Assembly: GCA_033549025.1 (NCBI GenBank)
Contig: JAWSUS010000023.1
Location: 1-54,710 of the forward strand
DNA length: 54,710 bases
Direction: 5' to 3'
Source of the DNA: Desulfuromonadales bacterium
Lineage (GTDB): Bacteria > Desulfobacterota > Desulfuromonadia > Desulfuromonadales > SZUA-540
The notes under the pieces were generated by a model that saw only the letters and a list, made by a program, of their open reading frames with translations, did not search any database and was not told the origin of the DNA. Each line of letters begins with the position of its first letter. Positions within the stretch are counted from its first letter, which is position 1. Both the position numbers and the translations under genes were made by a program. Positions 19,278 to 29,323 of the stretch are shown one piece after another.

Positions 19278-19460
19278 ATGAACAAAGGACTTAAAGTGTT
19301 GATCTTCGCCGGTGTCGGCACGCTGGCCGGCGCCCTCCTCGGCTATCTGGGGCAATGCGTCGGCAATACCTGAGGCGCTTTGGCCGGCCCCTGGTCAGGG
19401 GCCCTGTTCGGTGTGATTGTGGGGACGGTGCTGGGTCTGCTCCCCGAAGAGAAAAAGTAA
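19278..19460 (+). CDS. Putative 60-aa membrane selenoprotein (DUF6132-like; UGA = Sec at codon 32)
   Basis: GAGGTG RBS; MNKGLKVLIFAGVGTLAGALLGYLGQCVGNT-UGA-GALAGPWSGALFGVIVGTVLGLLPEEKK*; SECIS-like hairpin downstream of the UGA. Confidence 0.8.
19386..19403 (+). promoter_or_regulatory. Bacterial SECIS-like hairpin
   Basis: GGCCCCT-GGTC-AGGGGCC; stem starts 12 nt after the UGA (19371-19373) and the loop begins with G. Confidence 0.7.
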
Positions 19461-19491
19461 GCCGGGGCAGAATGTCTGCCTGAAGGGGCTT

Positions 19492-19537
19492 AATCCCCCG
19501 TCACGGTCTCATCGTACCGTGGCGGGGGATTTTTTTT
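19492..19537. terminator. Intrinsic terminator (probably shared with the thi operon)
   Basis: AATCCCCCGTCACGGT...ACCGTGGCGGGGGATTTTTTT. Confidence 0.75.
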
Positions 19538-20192
19538 AGCTCTGATTGGCCGGTTGAGGAGCCAGTGCCGTCAGAAAAGAACGGGCGGCTTCGGCCGGGT
19601 CGGCGGCCGCCAGGATGGCGCCGATACAGGCGGCGCGGGTGCAGCCGGCTTCCTGCAGTTCCAGTATGCGCGCGGGGGTGACACCGCCGAGGGCGAAGAC
19701 GGCGAGGGGGGCGGTGGCGCAGGCCTGGCGCAGGTCGCCCGGACCGACGGGGTCGCCGTAAGGGAGTTTGGAGGGGGTGGCGTAGACGGGACCGAAGGTG
19801 ACGAAGTCGGCGCCCTGCTCGGCGGCCCTGAGGATCTCGTCGGCCCGGTGGGTGGAGACGCCGAGGAGCCGGCTGGGACCGAGCAAACGCCGGGCCACGG
19901 CGACGGGGAGGGAGTCGCCCCCCAGGTGGACGCCGTCGGCATCCACGGCCAAGGCAACATCAATGCGGTCGTTGATGAGCAGGTGCGCACCGGCCTCGCG
20001 GGTGATGCCGCGCAACTGTCTGGCCAGCGTGTAGAGGGCGGCGGCGGGCAGGTCCTTCTCCCGCAGCTGTACGGCTCGCACGCCGCCGGCCAGAGCCTGG
20101 CGCACCGTTTCGACCAGGTCGCGCCCGTCCGTCAGAACATGGCGGTCGCTGATGAGATAGAGACTGAAATCGACGGCATCCGGTTTTGGCAT
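19536..20192 (-). CDS. thiE: Thiamine-phosphate synthase
   Basis: VQLREKD, INDRIDVA, GVHLG, GVSTH, TPSK, ALGG. Confidence 0.93.
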   Translation of the reverse strand: MPKPDAVDFSLYLISDRHVLTDGRDLVETVRQALAGGVRAVQLREKDLPAAALYTLARQLRGITREAGAHLLINDRIDVALAVDADGVHLGGDSLPVAVARRLLGPSRLLGVSTHRADEILRAAEQGADFVTFGPVYATPSKLPYGDPVGPGDLRQACATAPLAVFALGGVTPARILELQEAGCTRAACIGAILAAADPAEAARSFLTALAPQPANQS

Positions 20193-20195
20193 GGC

Positions 20196-21326
20196 TCAGC
20201 GGCTGCCGATGGCTTTGTCGAGAAAGGCGCTGTCCCAGTCTTTCCACACCGTCTCGTAGCCCTTGGCGCGGATCATGCGGCAGACCTCCTCGACGCTGCG
20301 GTCGTCGTCGATGGCGAACTGCTCGGTGCTCTTCTCCTTGTTCAGGTAGCCGCCGGGGGCGGTGCTGGAGCCGGCGCTCATCTGGGTGATGCCCAAAGGA
20401 AGCAGATGGTCGCGCAGGCTGGCGCTCTCGCGGGTGGAGAGCACCAGGCCGGCGTCGGGCAGCAGCAGGCGCAGGGCGCAGATCAGCTGGACGAAGGCGC
20501 GGTCCGACACCGGGTGCAGGGGCTGGAAGCCACCGTCGGCGGGGCGGATGCGGGGAAAGGAGACGCTGACCTGGGTGCGCCAGTGATGCCGGGACAGGTG
20601 CAGGGCGTGCAGACCGACGAAGAAGGCTTCGGCGCGAAAGTGGCCGAGGCCGAGCAAGGCACCGAGGCCGATGCGGCGCAGGCCGGCGGCCCCGCCGCGC
20701 TCGGGGGTGAGCAGGCGCCAGTCGTAGTCGCTCTTGCGGCCGAAGGGGTGCATCTCGGCGTAGAGGCTGCGGTCGTAGGTCTCCTGGTAGATGGTGAGGC
20801 CGTCGACCCCGGCACCGACCATCTGCCGGTAGCCGTCGGTGTCCATGGGGTAGACCTCGATGCTGATCGAGCTGAACAGCGGCGCGAGGCGGCGCACCGC
20901 CTGGGCCAGAAAATCGTTGTCCACCGCCGTGGGGGCTTCCCCCGTCACCAGCAGGATGTGCTCAAAACCTTTGGCCCGCAGGGCGCGGGCTTCCTCTTCG
21001 GCTTCGTCCAGGCTGAGGGTCTGCCGGCCGACCTTGTTGGTGGCGTTGAAGCCGCAGTAGCGGCAGCCGTTGCTGCAGACGTTGGAGAGGTAGAGGGGGG
21101 CGTAGAGCAGAATATTGCGGCCAAAGCGCTGGAGGGTCTGGCGATGGGCCTTCTGGGCCATGGGTTCGAGATAGGCGGCGGCCGCCGGTGACAGCAGGGC
21201 CTTGAAGTCCTCGGGTCGCAGGCGCTCGGCTGCCAGCGCCCGTTCTACCTCGGCGGCCGTTTTGCCTTCGATATCCGCCAGCAGTTGCTGGTAGTCGTAT
21301 TCTTGGATGACGTCGAGGAAACTCAT
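20196..21326 (-). CDS. thiH: 2-iminoacetate synthase (radical SAM)
   Basis: LYAPLYLSNVCSNGCRYCGF, YQETY, SAGSSTAPGGY, WKDWD. Confidence 0.95.
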   Translation of the reverse strand: MSFLDVIQEYDYQQLLADIEGKTAAEVERALAAERLRPEDFKALLSPAAAAYLEPMAQKAHRQTLQRFGRNILLYAPLYLSNVCSNGCRYCGFNATNKVGRQTLSLDEAEEEARALRAKGFEHILLVTGEAPTAVDNDFLAQAVRRLAPLFSSISIEVYPMDTDGYRQMVGAGVDGLTIYQETYDRSLYAEMHPFGRKSDYDWRLLTPERGGAAGLRRIGLGALLGLGHFRAEAFFVGLHALHLSRHHWRTQVSVSFPRIRPADGGFQPLHPVSDRAFVQLICALRLLLPDAGLVLSTRESASLRDHLLPLGITQMSAGSSTAPGGYLNKEKSTEQFAIDDDRSVEEVCRMIRAKGYETVWKDWDSAFLDKAIGSR

Positions 21327-21328
21327 GT

Positions 21329-22099
21329 TCAATTCCCCAGAAAGCCCGTCAGCGGGCTGGAGGCCTCGGCCTGCTGACGCTGTTCGCCCAACCCGGCCAG
21401 AAAGGCCTCGCGACCGGCTTCCACCCCCTTCTTGAAGGCGGCGCCCATGGCCCCGGGATTGCCGCTGACGGCGAGAGCCGTGTTGACCAGGACGGCGTCG
21501 GCCCCCATTTCCATGGCTTCGGCGGCGTGGGAAGGCGCGCCGAGGCCGGCGTCGACCACCACCGGCACGATGGCCTGCTCGATGATGATGGCGATGTGGT
21601 CGCGGGTGCGCAGCCCCTTGTTGGTGCCGATGGGGGCGCCCAGGGGCATGACGGTGGCGGTGCCAACTTCCTGCAGGTGCTTGGCCAGCACGGGGTCGGC
21701 GTTGATGTAGGGCAGCACGATGAACCCTTCCTTGACCAGGATTTCGGCCGCCTTGAGGGTTTCGATGGGGTCGGGCAAGAGGTAGTAGGGATCGGGGGTC
21801 ACCTCAAGCTTGACCCAGGGTTCGCAGCCGGCGGCGCGGGCCAGGCGGGCCAGGCGCACGGCCTCGTCGGCATCGCGGGCGCCGCTGGTGTTGGGCAGCA
21901 GCAGATACCTGTCGCGGTCGATCGCGCCCAGCATGCTGTCCTGGGGGTTGTCGATATCGACCCGGCGCAGAGCGACAGTGACGATTTCGCAGCCCGAATT
22001 CTCCATGGCCGCCACCATGGCGTCGTTGGAGGCGAATTTACCGGTACCGACCAGCAGCCGGGAGTTGAAGGCGCGTCCTGCGATAATCAGCTGATCCAT
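21329..22099 (-). CDS. thiG: Thiazole synthase
   Basis: [34 protein letters not shown]. Confidence 0.95.
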   Translation of the reverse strand: MDQLIIAGRAFNSRLLVGTGKFASNDAMVAAMENSGCEIVTVALRRVDIDNPQDSMLGAIDRDRYLLLPNTSGARDADEAVRLARLARAAGCEPWVKLEVTPDPYYLLPDPIETLKAAEILVKEGFIVLPYINADPVLAKHLQEVGTATVMPLGAPIGTNKGLRTRDHIAIIIEQAIVPVVVDAGLGAPSHAAEAMEMGADAVLVNTALAVSGNPGAMGAAFKKGVEAGREAFLAGLGEQRQQAEASSPLTGFLGN

Positions 22100-22146
22100 A
22101 TGCATTCCTTTAAGGTGAAGGTTAGGTAAGGGGGTGACGTCGGGAC

Positions 22147-22347
22147 TCAGCCGCCGCCGACAAAGTGGACGATCTCGATCTGGTCGCCATCCTGCAGGTG
22201 GGTGGTGTCAAAGGCCTGCCTGGACACGATGGCCCGGTTGAGCTCCACAGCGACCCGGTCGGCGGCCAGTTGCAGCTGTTCGATAAGTTCGGCCACCGTC
22301 AGTGCGGCTTCCAGGGTCTTTTCCCGCCCATTGAGAAGAATCGTCAT
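22147..22347 (-). CDS. thiS: Sulfur carrier protein
   Basis: Ubiquitin-like fold, C-terminal FVGGG. Confidence 0.93.
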   Translation of the reverse strand: MTILLNGREKTLEAALTVAELIEQLQLAADRVAVELNRAIVSRQAFDTTHLQDGDQIEIVHFVGGG

Positions 22348-22358
22348 AAAGAATCCCT

Positions 22359-23168
22359 TTATTGTTCCGGTGCTTCACCCAGTAGCAGACGAAGCACGGC
22401 GTTGGCCTGATGGTGAGCGGCGATGCCGACGCGGGGTGCCATGAGACCCTGGCCCGGCCGGGCTTCGCTGTCGCCGTCGCCGACCAGGTAGAGGCGGCTG
22501 GCGGCCCGGCGGGTGATGATGGTGTTGGACGGCCCGGCTCCGGCCACACCGGAAGCCGCCACGATGGGGGCCGCTGAATTCGCCTGCAGAAAGGACTGGA
22601 CGAGCATGGCCTTCTGGTCGGGCGCATCGAAAGCTTCCACCAGCACATCGACGCCGGCAAAGACCTCCGCGATATTCGAGGGAGTGAGACGGCCGTTGAA
22701 GAGGCGGAGGTTGACGCAGGGGTTGATGCGGCACAAGTTGTCCCGTAGGGCCTCGACCTTGGGCTGGCCGATCTGGTCGATAAAGAACTGCTGGCGGTTG
22801 AGGTTGGAGGGCTCGACGACATCGAAGTCGGCCAGAATGAGGCAGCCGATGCCGGAGCGCGCGAGGGCGACAGCCACGGCCGAGCCGAGGCCGCCGGCGC
22901 CGGCGATGCCAACCGTGCTCTGCTTGAGCTTGGCCTGTACCCCGGGGGTGTGACGGGCGCAGATCAGGGCTTCGAGCTCCTCGGGCGAGGGCTGTTCGCC
23001 CCGGCGGATGAGGACGACGCGGTCTCCCTCGGCTAGGGGGCGGTCGTCAGAGAGGGCGAAGCCGTTGACGATGAGCACGTCGGCGCCAGGCTTGAAGCGG
23101 TCGCGCAGCTGGTAGAGGGTCAGCCCCTCCCCGGTGTCGAGCGGATTTTCGTTGAGATAGATGGTCAT
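22359..23168 (-). CDS. thiF: ThiS adenylyltransferase with N-terminal ThiS-like domain
   Basis: GAGGLGS, DFDVVEPSNLNRQ, GLMAPRV; about 60-aa ubiquitin-like N-terminal extension. Confidence 0.92.
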   Translation of the reverse strand: MTIYLNENPLDTGEGLTLYQLRDRFKPGADVLIVNGFALSDDRPLAEGDRVVLIRRGEQPSPEELEALICARHTPGVQAKLKQSTVGIAGAGGLGSAVAVALARSGIGCLILADFDVVEPSNLNRQQFFIDQIGQPKVEALRDNLCRINPCVNLRLFNGRLTPSNIAEVFAGVDVLVEAFDAPDQKAMLVQSFLQANSAAPIVAASGVAGAGPSNTIITRRAASRLYLVGDGDSEARPGQGLMAPRVGIAAHHQANAVLRLLLGEAPEQ

Positions 23169-23169
23169 A

Positions 23170-23200
23170 AAAAGAAAAGGCCGCAGAAAGCGGCCTTTTT
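23170..23200 (-). terminator. Riboswitch expression-platform terminator
   Basis: Minus strand AAAAAGGCCGC-TTTCT-GCGGCCTTTTCTTTTT directly before the thiF ATG. Confidence 0.75.
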
Positions 23201-23231
23201 CGGCTGGATAGATCCAGTGCTCCGAATCGTG

Positions 23232-23320
23232 CGCCGCTTCCCTACGCCGGTATCACCCGGATCAGGTTCAAAGGGTCGCCTCGCCGTGGCCAGGCTCTCA
23301 GTAAAAAACTCCCCTAGGGC
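23232..23320 (-). ncRNA. TPP riboswitch
   Basis: Minus strand CTAGGGGAG...CTGAGA...ACCCTTTGAACCTGATCCGGGTGATACCGGCGTAGGGAAG upstream of the thi operon. Confidence 0.96.
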
Positions 23321-23493
23321 ATTTCCAATTGTGGTGAGTCGGTACGTTAGCAACAGCGCCGCAGGTCCGTCAACTTTTTTCTCCCTTTGCCGTTGTTTTT
23401 CCCCGTCGATTTGATTACTATGAGGCCCTTCCGAAAACCTGCGAAAACCCCGCTGTGGCTGGTTGCCGACAGGGTGGAAGAGGAGGAGAAGCC

Positions 23494-23805
23494 ATGACAA
23501 TTTCAGATCGCTATCGGGACCTGGTGAACGAGGCTGCACAACTGGTGCAGAAGCTGGATGGGGCGGCGGATGACAAGGCTGTCCAAGGTGTGCGCCAGGG
23601 GCTGGCCGGGCTGGAAGAACTCAAGGAACAGGTAGGGGAGATCCCCCGCATCCGCCTGGAATCCGAACTGACGCCGGTACTGCTGGCCGCCCATACCCGG
23701 CTGGATCGGGCCCGGCTGCTGCTCGAAGAGGCCGGCGCCGAGGACCTGGGCGCGGCCGTCTGGGAAGTCGAGCAGAAGATCTACCGTCTCCTCAACGAGC
23801 TGTAA
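23494..23805 (+). CDS. Small helical hypothetical protein
   Basis: GGAGGAG RBS, 103-aa ORF with native-looking codon usage. Confidence 0.7.
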   Translation: MTISDRYRDLVNEAAQLVQKLDGAADDKAVQGVRQGLAGLEELKEQVGEIPRIRLESELTPVLLAAHTRLDRARLLLEEAGAEDLGAAVWEVEQKIYRLLNEL

Positions 23806-23848
23806 TTCCCCTCTCCGCTGGCCGGGGCTTTTCCTGTAGCCCTTGTTG

Positions 23849-25327
23849 TCAGGCTTTCGCCACGGCCTGCCGCCAGTCGCGAATCAATTCTTCCCGGCGC
23901 TTTTCAGCCATTTCGGGGGCAAAGCGTCGTTCTTCCCGCCAACTCTGCCGCAGTTCATCGAGATTCCCCCAGAACCCTACCGCCAGGCCCGCCAGCATGG
24001 AGGCGCCCAGGGCCGTGGTTTCCACGGTCTGCGGGCGGACGACCGGCAGCTGCAGCAGGTCGGCCTGCAGCTGCATGAGCAGGTTGTTCTGTGCGGCGCC
24101 GCCATCCACCTTGAGGTGTCGCAGCGTGGCGCCCCGGTCTTCGGTCATGGCGGCCACCAGGTCGTGAATCTGCAGCGCCATGCCCTCCAGCGTGGCCCGG
24201 GCCAGGTGGGCGGCGGTCGTGCCGCGGGTGATGCCGCTGATCAGCCCGCGGGCGCCGCTATTCCAGTGGGGGGCACCCAGTCCGGTGAGGGCGGGGACAA
24301 AGACGACGCCACCGCTATCCGGGACGGAAGCGGCCAGGTGCTCGATATCCGCCGAAGCGGGGAAGAGACCGAGACCGTCCCGCAGCCATTGCACGGCCGC
24401 GCCGGCGATGAAGGCGCTTCCTTCCAGCGCGTAGCTGGTGCGGCCGTCGAGCTGCCAGGCGACAGTGGTCAGCAGGCCGTGGCCGCTCTCCACCGGTTCT
24501 TCTCCCGTGTTCTGCAGCAAAAAGGCGCCGGTGCCGTAGGTGCACTTGGCTTCGCCGGCCTCGAAGCAGGCCTGTCCGAAGAGGGCCGCCTGCTGGTCGC
24601 CGGCCATGCCGGCCACCGGTATGCCGTCGGGGAGAAGATCCAGCCCGCGGGTCTGGCCGTATACGGCCGAGGAGGGGACGATGTCGGGAAGGACGTCCGC
24701 CGGAACCTCGAAGAGGTCGAGGAGCTCCTTGTCCCAATCGAGGCGGCGCAGCTCCATGAGCAGGGTGCGCGAAGCGTTGGAGACGTCGGAAACGTGGCTG
24801 CGCCCGCCGGTGAGGCGCCAGACCAGAAAGGTGTCGATGGTGCCAAAGGCCAGGTCGCCGGCCTCGGCCCGCCGGCGCAGCCCCGGCTGGTGGCGCAGCA
24901 GCCAGGTCAGTTTGGTGGCGGAGAAATAGGGGTCGAGTACCAGGCCGGTCTTGCGGCGAACCAGGGGTTCGGCTCCCCGCTCCTTGAGTTCGTCACAGAT
25001 GTCGGCGCTGCGGCGACACTGCCAGACGATGGCGGGGGCGGCGGGCCGGCCCGTGCGGCGATCCCACAGCAGGGTGGTCTCGCGCTGGTTGGTCAGGCCG
25101 ATGGCGGCGATCTCGCGCGGATTGACGCCGGTGCCGTCCAGAACGCGGCGAATGGCCTGGATCACCGAGAACCAGATTTCTTCCCCATCGTGCTCGACCC
25201 AGCCCGGTTTGGGGAAATGCTGGGGAAAGTCGACGGTGACCTTGGCGGCGATGCGCAGGTCCCGTTCGATGAGCAGAGCCGTGGTTCCGGTGGTTCCCTG
25301 GTCGATGGCGAGGATGTATCTGGACAT
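23849..25327 (-). CDS. glpK: Glycerol kinase
   Basis: [47 protein letters not shown]. Confidence 0.95.
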   Translation of the reverse strand: MSRYILAIDQGTTGTTALLIERDLRIAAKVTVDFPQHFPKPGWVEHDGEEIWFSVIQAIRRVLDGTGVNPREIAAIGLTNQRETTLLWDRRTGRPAAPAIVWQCRRSADICDELKERGAEPLVRRKTGLVLDPYFSATKLTWLLRHQPGLRRRAEAGDLAFGTIDTFLVWRLTGGRSHVSDVSNASRTLLMELRRLDWDKELLDLFEVPADVLPDIVPSSAVYGQTRGLDLLPDGIPVAGMAGDQQAALFGQACFEAGEAKCTYGTGAFLLQNTGEEPVESGHGLLTTVAWQLDGRTSYALEGSAFIAGAAVQWLRDGLGLFPASADIEHLAASVPDSGGVVFVPALTGLGAPHWNSGARGLISGITRGTTAAHLARATLEGMALQIHDLVAAMTEDRGATLRHLKVDGGAAQNNLLMQLQADLLQLPVVRPQTVETTALGASMLAGLAVGFWGNLDELRQSWREERRFAPEMAEKRREELIRDWRQAVAKA

Positions 25328-25403
25328 GGCAACCCTCCGGGGCAGGAGATGTTCATGACTCTTGAGGGGCGGATGATCCGGAGGCGGCGGGATGGGGCGG
25401 TCC

Positions 25404-26357
25404 TCAGGCCGAGGCGATGTGCTCCGGCGACGACGGGCAGTCCCCATGCAAAGAAACGCGGTTGCGGCCCGTTCGCTTGGCGCGGTATAGGGCGTAGTCG
25501 GCCTCGCGGATCAGATCGTCAAGAGTGTGGATGTCGGGGTGGGGAAAGGCAGCCACCCCCAGACTGATGGTCAACTTCAGGGCGGACAGTTCGTCAGGAA
25601 AGGCCAGCTCGCTGCAGGCCAGGCGCAGGCGTTCGGCCGCCTCGAATCCTTGCTCCGGGCTGGTTTCCGGCAGCACCAGGGCGAACTCCTCACCACCGAA
25701 GCGGGCCGCCAGGTCGTATTCGCGCATCCCGGACAGGAGAAGGTCGGCCACCCGTTTAAGAATAAGATCGCCCCGCTGGTGTCCGTAGGTGTCGTTGACT
25801 TTTTTGAAGTGATCGATATCCAGCATGACCAGGGTCACCGGGGTGTTGTTGCGGGTGCTGCGGTTCATTTCCCGCTCCAGGGCATCGGTGAGATAGCGGC
25901 GGTTGTAGAGCTGGGTCAGTGGATCGGTGTTGGAGAGTTTGAGAAGCATCTCGTTGCTCTTCTTCAGGCTGTCCTGAAGAGACTTGATCTTGACCTGGAC
26001 CTTGACGCGGGCGATGAGTTCGGCGGGATCGAAGGGCTTGGTGACATAGTCGCTGGCTCCCTGCTCCAGCGCCCGCACCTTGGCCTCCTGGCTTTCGCGG
26101 CCGGTGAGCATGATGACGGGAATGTCCTGCAGCTCTTCACGGGTGCCCATCATGGTCAGGAATTTGAACCCGTCCATGCCCGGCATCTCCAGATCGCAGA
26201 GAATGATGTCCACGGCTTTATTCAGGGCCATCTTGAACCCCTCAATGCCGTCACCCGCCTCGTAATAGAATTTGAACAGGGAGGTCTGGCGCAGGATATG
26301 GATGATCTCCTGGCGGAGGGTAGGGGAGTCATCTACGATAAGGATGGATGAGTTCAT
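25404..26357 (-). CDS. Response-regulator diguanylate cyclase (REC-GGEEF, WspR-like)
   Basis: [22 protein letters not shown], RxxD I-site (REYD), GGEEF. Confidence 0.92.
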   Translation of the reverse strand: MNSSILIVDDSPTLRQEIIHILRQTSLFKFYYEAGDGIEGFKMALNKAVDIILCDLEMPGMDGFKFLTMMGTREELQDIPVIMLTGRESQEAKVRALEQGASDYVTKPFDPAELIARVKVQVKIKSLQDSLKKSNEMLLKLSNTDPLTQLYNRRYLTDALEREMNRSTRNNTPVTLVMLDIDHFKKVNDTYGHQRGDLILKRVADLLLSGMREYDLAARFGGEEFALVLPETSPEQGFEAAERLRLACSELAFPDELSALKLTISLGVAAFPHPDIHTLDDLIREADYALYRAKRTGRNRVSLHGDCPSSPEHIASA

Positions 26358-26489
26358 GAGCGGCCTCTCAGGTTTTGCCCATTATAGGAATTCCGCCGAC
26401 TTTGTAAAGATATAAGGGAGTCTTCGTCCTGACAATCTTTTTTCCTCGACTATAATGAAATGAAACAGTTGCGTAAACAGGAGGAAGAT

Positions 26490-26681
26490 ATGTCTTTGGT
26501 TAAAACCTGGTATTCGCCGGAATCGGCGGCCGACAAGTTCGGGGTGGGCAAAGCCGCGGTGCTCGAGTGGGTGGATGAAGGACTGGTGCGCTGCGAGCGC
26601 GAAGGCGGCAAGGTCTCTTTCGTCAATATCGACGATGTGAGGCTGCAGGTGGAAGCGATGGTGCGCCAGCAGGAAAAATGA
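26490..26681 (+). CDS. Small MerR/excisionase-like HTH protein
   Basis: GGAGG RBS; WYSPESAADKFGVGKAAVLEWVDEGLVR winged-HTH pattern; upstream CTGACA-N16-TATAAT. Confidence 0.7.
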   Translation: MSLVKTWYSPESAADKFGVGKAAVLEWVDEGLVRCEREGGKVSFVNIDDVRLQVEAMVRQQEK

Positions 26682-26739
26682 ATCCGGCCGGCCTGGGGGG
26701 GCCGAAAATGCCGCCCTCAGGCCGGAGTCGGAGTGGCTG

Positions 26740-27804
26740 TCACGGGGTGCGGCGGCCTCCGCAGGCTTGCAGCCGCGCGGCGGCCTGGCGCAGCATCCGC
26801 TCGGTAGTGGCCCAATCCACGCACTTGTCGGTGATGGAGACGCCGTAGCGCAGGTCGGTCAGGGGGGCGATGGGCTGATTGCCCGCTTCGAGGCAGCTTT
26901 CGATCATCAGGGCGAAGATCGACTGGTTGCCCTGGGCGATCTGCTCCATGACGTCCTGCAGGACGTTCTCCTGACGCTCGTGGTCTTTCTGTGAGTTGGC
27001 GTGGCTGCAATCGACCATGATCGCCTTGTTGAGGCCGACTTTTTCCAGCATCTGCTCCGTGCGGGCGATGTCTGCCGCATGGTAGTTGGGCTTGTCGTTG
27101 CCGCCGCGCAGCACGATATGCACGTCGGGGTTGCCGACGGTCTTGACGATGGCGTTGTGCCCTTCGTTGTTGATCCCCAGAAAGCTGTGGGGATGGCGGG
27201 CGGCGCCCATGGCGTCGATGGCGATTTGCAGACTGCCGTCGGTGCCGTTCTTGAAGCCGACAGGGAAGGAGAGCCCGCTGGCCATCTCGCGGTGTGTCTG
27301 CGATTCGGTGGTGCGGGCGCCGATGGCCCCCCAGCTGATGAGGTCGGAGAGGTAGTTGGGGGTGATCGGGTCGAGCATCTCGCAGGCAATGGGCAGGCCC
27401 AGTTCCGTGATGTTGCAGAGCAGGCCGCGGGCCACGCCCAGTCCCTTGGATATCTGGTGGGTGCCGTTGAGGTCGGGGTCGTTGATAAGCCCTTTCCAGC
27501 CGATGGTCGTGCGCGGCTTTTCAAAATAGACCCGCATGACCAGCAGAAGCTGATCCCGCAGCTCGCGGGCGAGCACGGCCAGCTTTTGGGCGTACTCCAG
27601 GGCGGCGCGGGGATCGTGAATGGAGCAGGGGCCGACGACCACCATCAGGCGGTTGTCGCGCTGGTTGAGGATGTCGGTGAGCTGCTCCCGGGAAGAGCTG
27701 ACAAACTCGGCCATTTTCTCGGAAAGAGGGAAGACCTGCTTCAGGTCCGCGGGAGAAATAATGGGGGTCAGGCCACGGATGCGGAGATTGTTGGTGCGTT
27801 TCAT
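26740..27804 (-). CDS. Class I-alpha DAHP synthase (AroF/G/H type)
   Basis: GPCSIHD, RVYFEKPRTTIGWKG, IGARTTESQTHRE, DCSHANS, SITDKC. Confidence 0.95.
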   Translation of the reverse strand: MKRTNNLRIRGLTPIISPADLKQVFPLSEKMAEFVSSSREQLTDILNQRDNRLMVVVGPCSIHDPRAALEYAQKLAVLARELRDQLLLVMRVYFEKPRTTIGWKGLINDPDLNGTHQISKGLGVARGLLCNITELGLPIACEMLDPITPNYLSDLISWGAIGARTTESQTHREMASGLSFPVGFKNGTDGSLQIAIDAMGAARHPHSFLGINNEGHNAIVKTVGNPDVHIVLRGGNDKPNYHAADIARTEQMLEKVGLNKAIMVDCSHANSQKDHERQENVLQDVMEQIAQGNQSIFALMIESCLEAGNQPIAPLTDLRYGVSITDKCVDWATTERMLRQAAARLQACGGRRTP

Positions 27805-27877
27805 GGGCTTTCCTGTCAACGGGGTTAAGACGAACCGAAAGGAGGGGGGCAGGGGGAGAGTCTTTCGGTGCTGCCAG

Positions 27878-27930
27878 ACTGTGCGCAACTTTAGTCCTTT
27901 TTTTAAAAAAAGTCAAAAGTTGCGCACAGT
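27878..27930. repeat. 53-bp imperfect palindrome in a divergent promoter region
   Basis: ACTGTGCGCAACTTT...T7|A7...AAAGTTGCGCACAGT with perfect 15-bp outer arms. Confidence 0.8.
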
Positions 27931-28003
27931 TCTGTCGATATCGAAAAATCGTTCAGGGCGGCAAAACGTCGGTTCGAGCGCCCGGTCGGCGAGGGGAAAG
28001 CGT

Positions 28004-28032
28004 TTGACAGGGGGAACGGGATTCTGTATAAA
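28004..28032 (+). promoter_or_regulatory. Sigma70 promoter for the yggT-divIVA operon
   Basis: TTGACA-N17-TATAAA. Confidence 0.7.
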
Positions 28033-28086
28033 CGAGTCTGTTCTGATTTTTTATCGTGAAAACCGCAGTTTAGAGAGGTGTGCTTG

Positions 28087-28380
28087 ATGATTCTCCGCGA
28101 AATTGTCCTGGCGGTCGCCCAGGTGGTCGATCTGGCCTTCAGCATCTACATATTCATCGTCATCGCCCGGGCGCTTGTTTCCTGGGTGAATCCCGACCCC
28201 TACAATCCCATCGTCCGCTTTCTCCACAATGCCACCGACCCCGTACTGTCCAGGATGCAGCGGGTGTTGCCCCTGAACTTCGGTGGTATCGATTTTACGC
28301 CGATTGTGCTTCTGGTCGGGCTTTCCTTTGTCCAGCGTATTTTGAAGGCCCTCCTGGTCCAACTGGCTTACAGCTTCTGA
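28087..28380 (+). CDS. yggT: YggT-family membrane protein
   Basis: SWVNPDPYNPIVRFL, GGIDFTPI. Confidence 0.9.
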   Translation: MILREIVLAVAQVVDLAFSIYIFIVIARALVSWVNPDPYNPIVRFLHNATDPVLSRMQRVLPLNFGGIDFTPIVLLVGLSFVQRILKALLVQLAYSF

Positions 28381-28392
28381 CGGGAAGACACT

Positions 28393-28920
28393 ATGCGCAT
28401 CACTCCCATGGAAATCCACCAGCAGCAGTTCAAGACCCGCCTTCTTGGCTATGATACCGCCGGGGTTGACCAGTTTCTCGAGCAGGTGGCCGACGAGCTG
28501 GAGCGGATTCACAAGCAGAACCATGAACTGAAGGAAGAGCTGGCCCGCACTCGCTCCGCCCTCAACGAAATGCGGCAGCGCGAGGCCATGCTCAAGGAAA
28601 CCCTGCTGACGACGCAGCGCATGACGGATGATATCAAAGCCAATGCCCGCAAGGAGGCGGAAGTCACGCTGGCCGATGCCGAGATCAAGGCCGAGGCCAT
28701 TCTGCGCTCCGCCGAAGACCGCCGCGTCCAGCTGATCAACGAGATTCAGGAAATCAAGCGGCAGAAGATTTCCTTCGAGAGCAGCCTGCGGACCCTGGTG
28801 GAGAGCCACATGCGCCTGCTCGACCTGGAGGTGGTGCAGGTGCGGCATGAAGCCCGGGAAGATCGTCTCCTGCAGGAGAATCTGCCGCTGGAGAAAAACG
28901 TTTCCGATCCAGAGCGCTAG
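28393..28920 (+). CDS. divIVA: DivIVA-domain protein
   Basis: MRITPMEIHQQQFKTRLLGYD...VDQFLE plus coiled coil. Confidence 0.9.
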   Translation: MRITPMEIHQQQFKTRLLGYDTAGVDQFLEQVADELERIHKQNHELKEELARTRSALNEMRQREAMLKETLLTTQRMTDDIKANARKEAEVTLADAEIKAEAILRSAEDRRVQLINEIQEIKRQKISFESSLRTLVESHMRLLDLEVVQVRHEAREDRLLQENLPLEKNVSDPER

Positions 28921-28921
28921 G

Positions 28922-29218
28922 ATGTTCGCCTTTCTGCACGATGTCCCCGGCGGCGTGACGATCGACCTCTGGGTGCAGCCTCGCGCCAGCCGCAATGAAA
29001 TCGTCGGTCCGCAGGGCGATGAGCTGAAGGTCAAGCTGACCTCGCCCCCCGTGGATGGGGCCGCCAACAAGCTGTGCTGCGAATTCTTCGCCAAAACCGT
29101 CGGGGTGGGCAAAGGTTTGGTGCGGCTGGTCGGCGGCGAGAAGTCCCGCCACAAGCGCCTGCTGATCGAAGGGGTCGAGCTGGCCGATATGGAAGAGCTC
29201 CTCCGCAAGCTGCTCTAG
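28922..29218 (+). CDS. yggU: DUF167/YggU-family protein
   Basis: VQPRASRN, SPPVDGAAN, GEKSRHK. Confidence 0.9.
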   Translation: MFAFLHDVPGGVTIDLWVQPRASRNEIVGPQGDELKVKLTSPPVDGAANKLCCEFFAKTVGVGKGLVRLVGGEKSRHKRLLIEGVELADMEELLRKLL

Positions 29219-29323
29219 CGCCCCAGGATGTTTTGCCTGCCGTCCTGCTGTCGCCCCTGCCTTGACAAAATTCCCCAAAGTTATTAAATTGCCACCGAAT
29301 TGATTTCTGGGAGGAAAATCGCT

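Noticed and set aside
25404..26357. REC-GGDEF as a Hypr/GacA cGAMP synthase
   Set aside because: It has canonical GHQRGD (Asp), not the Ser signature.
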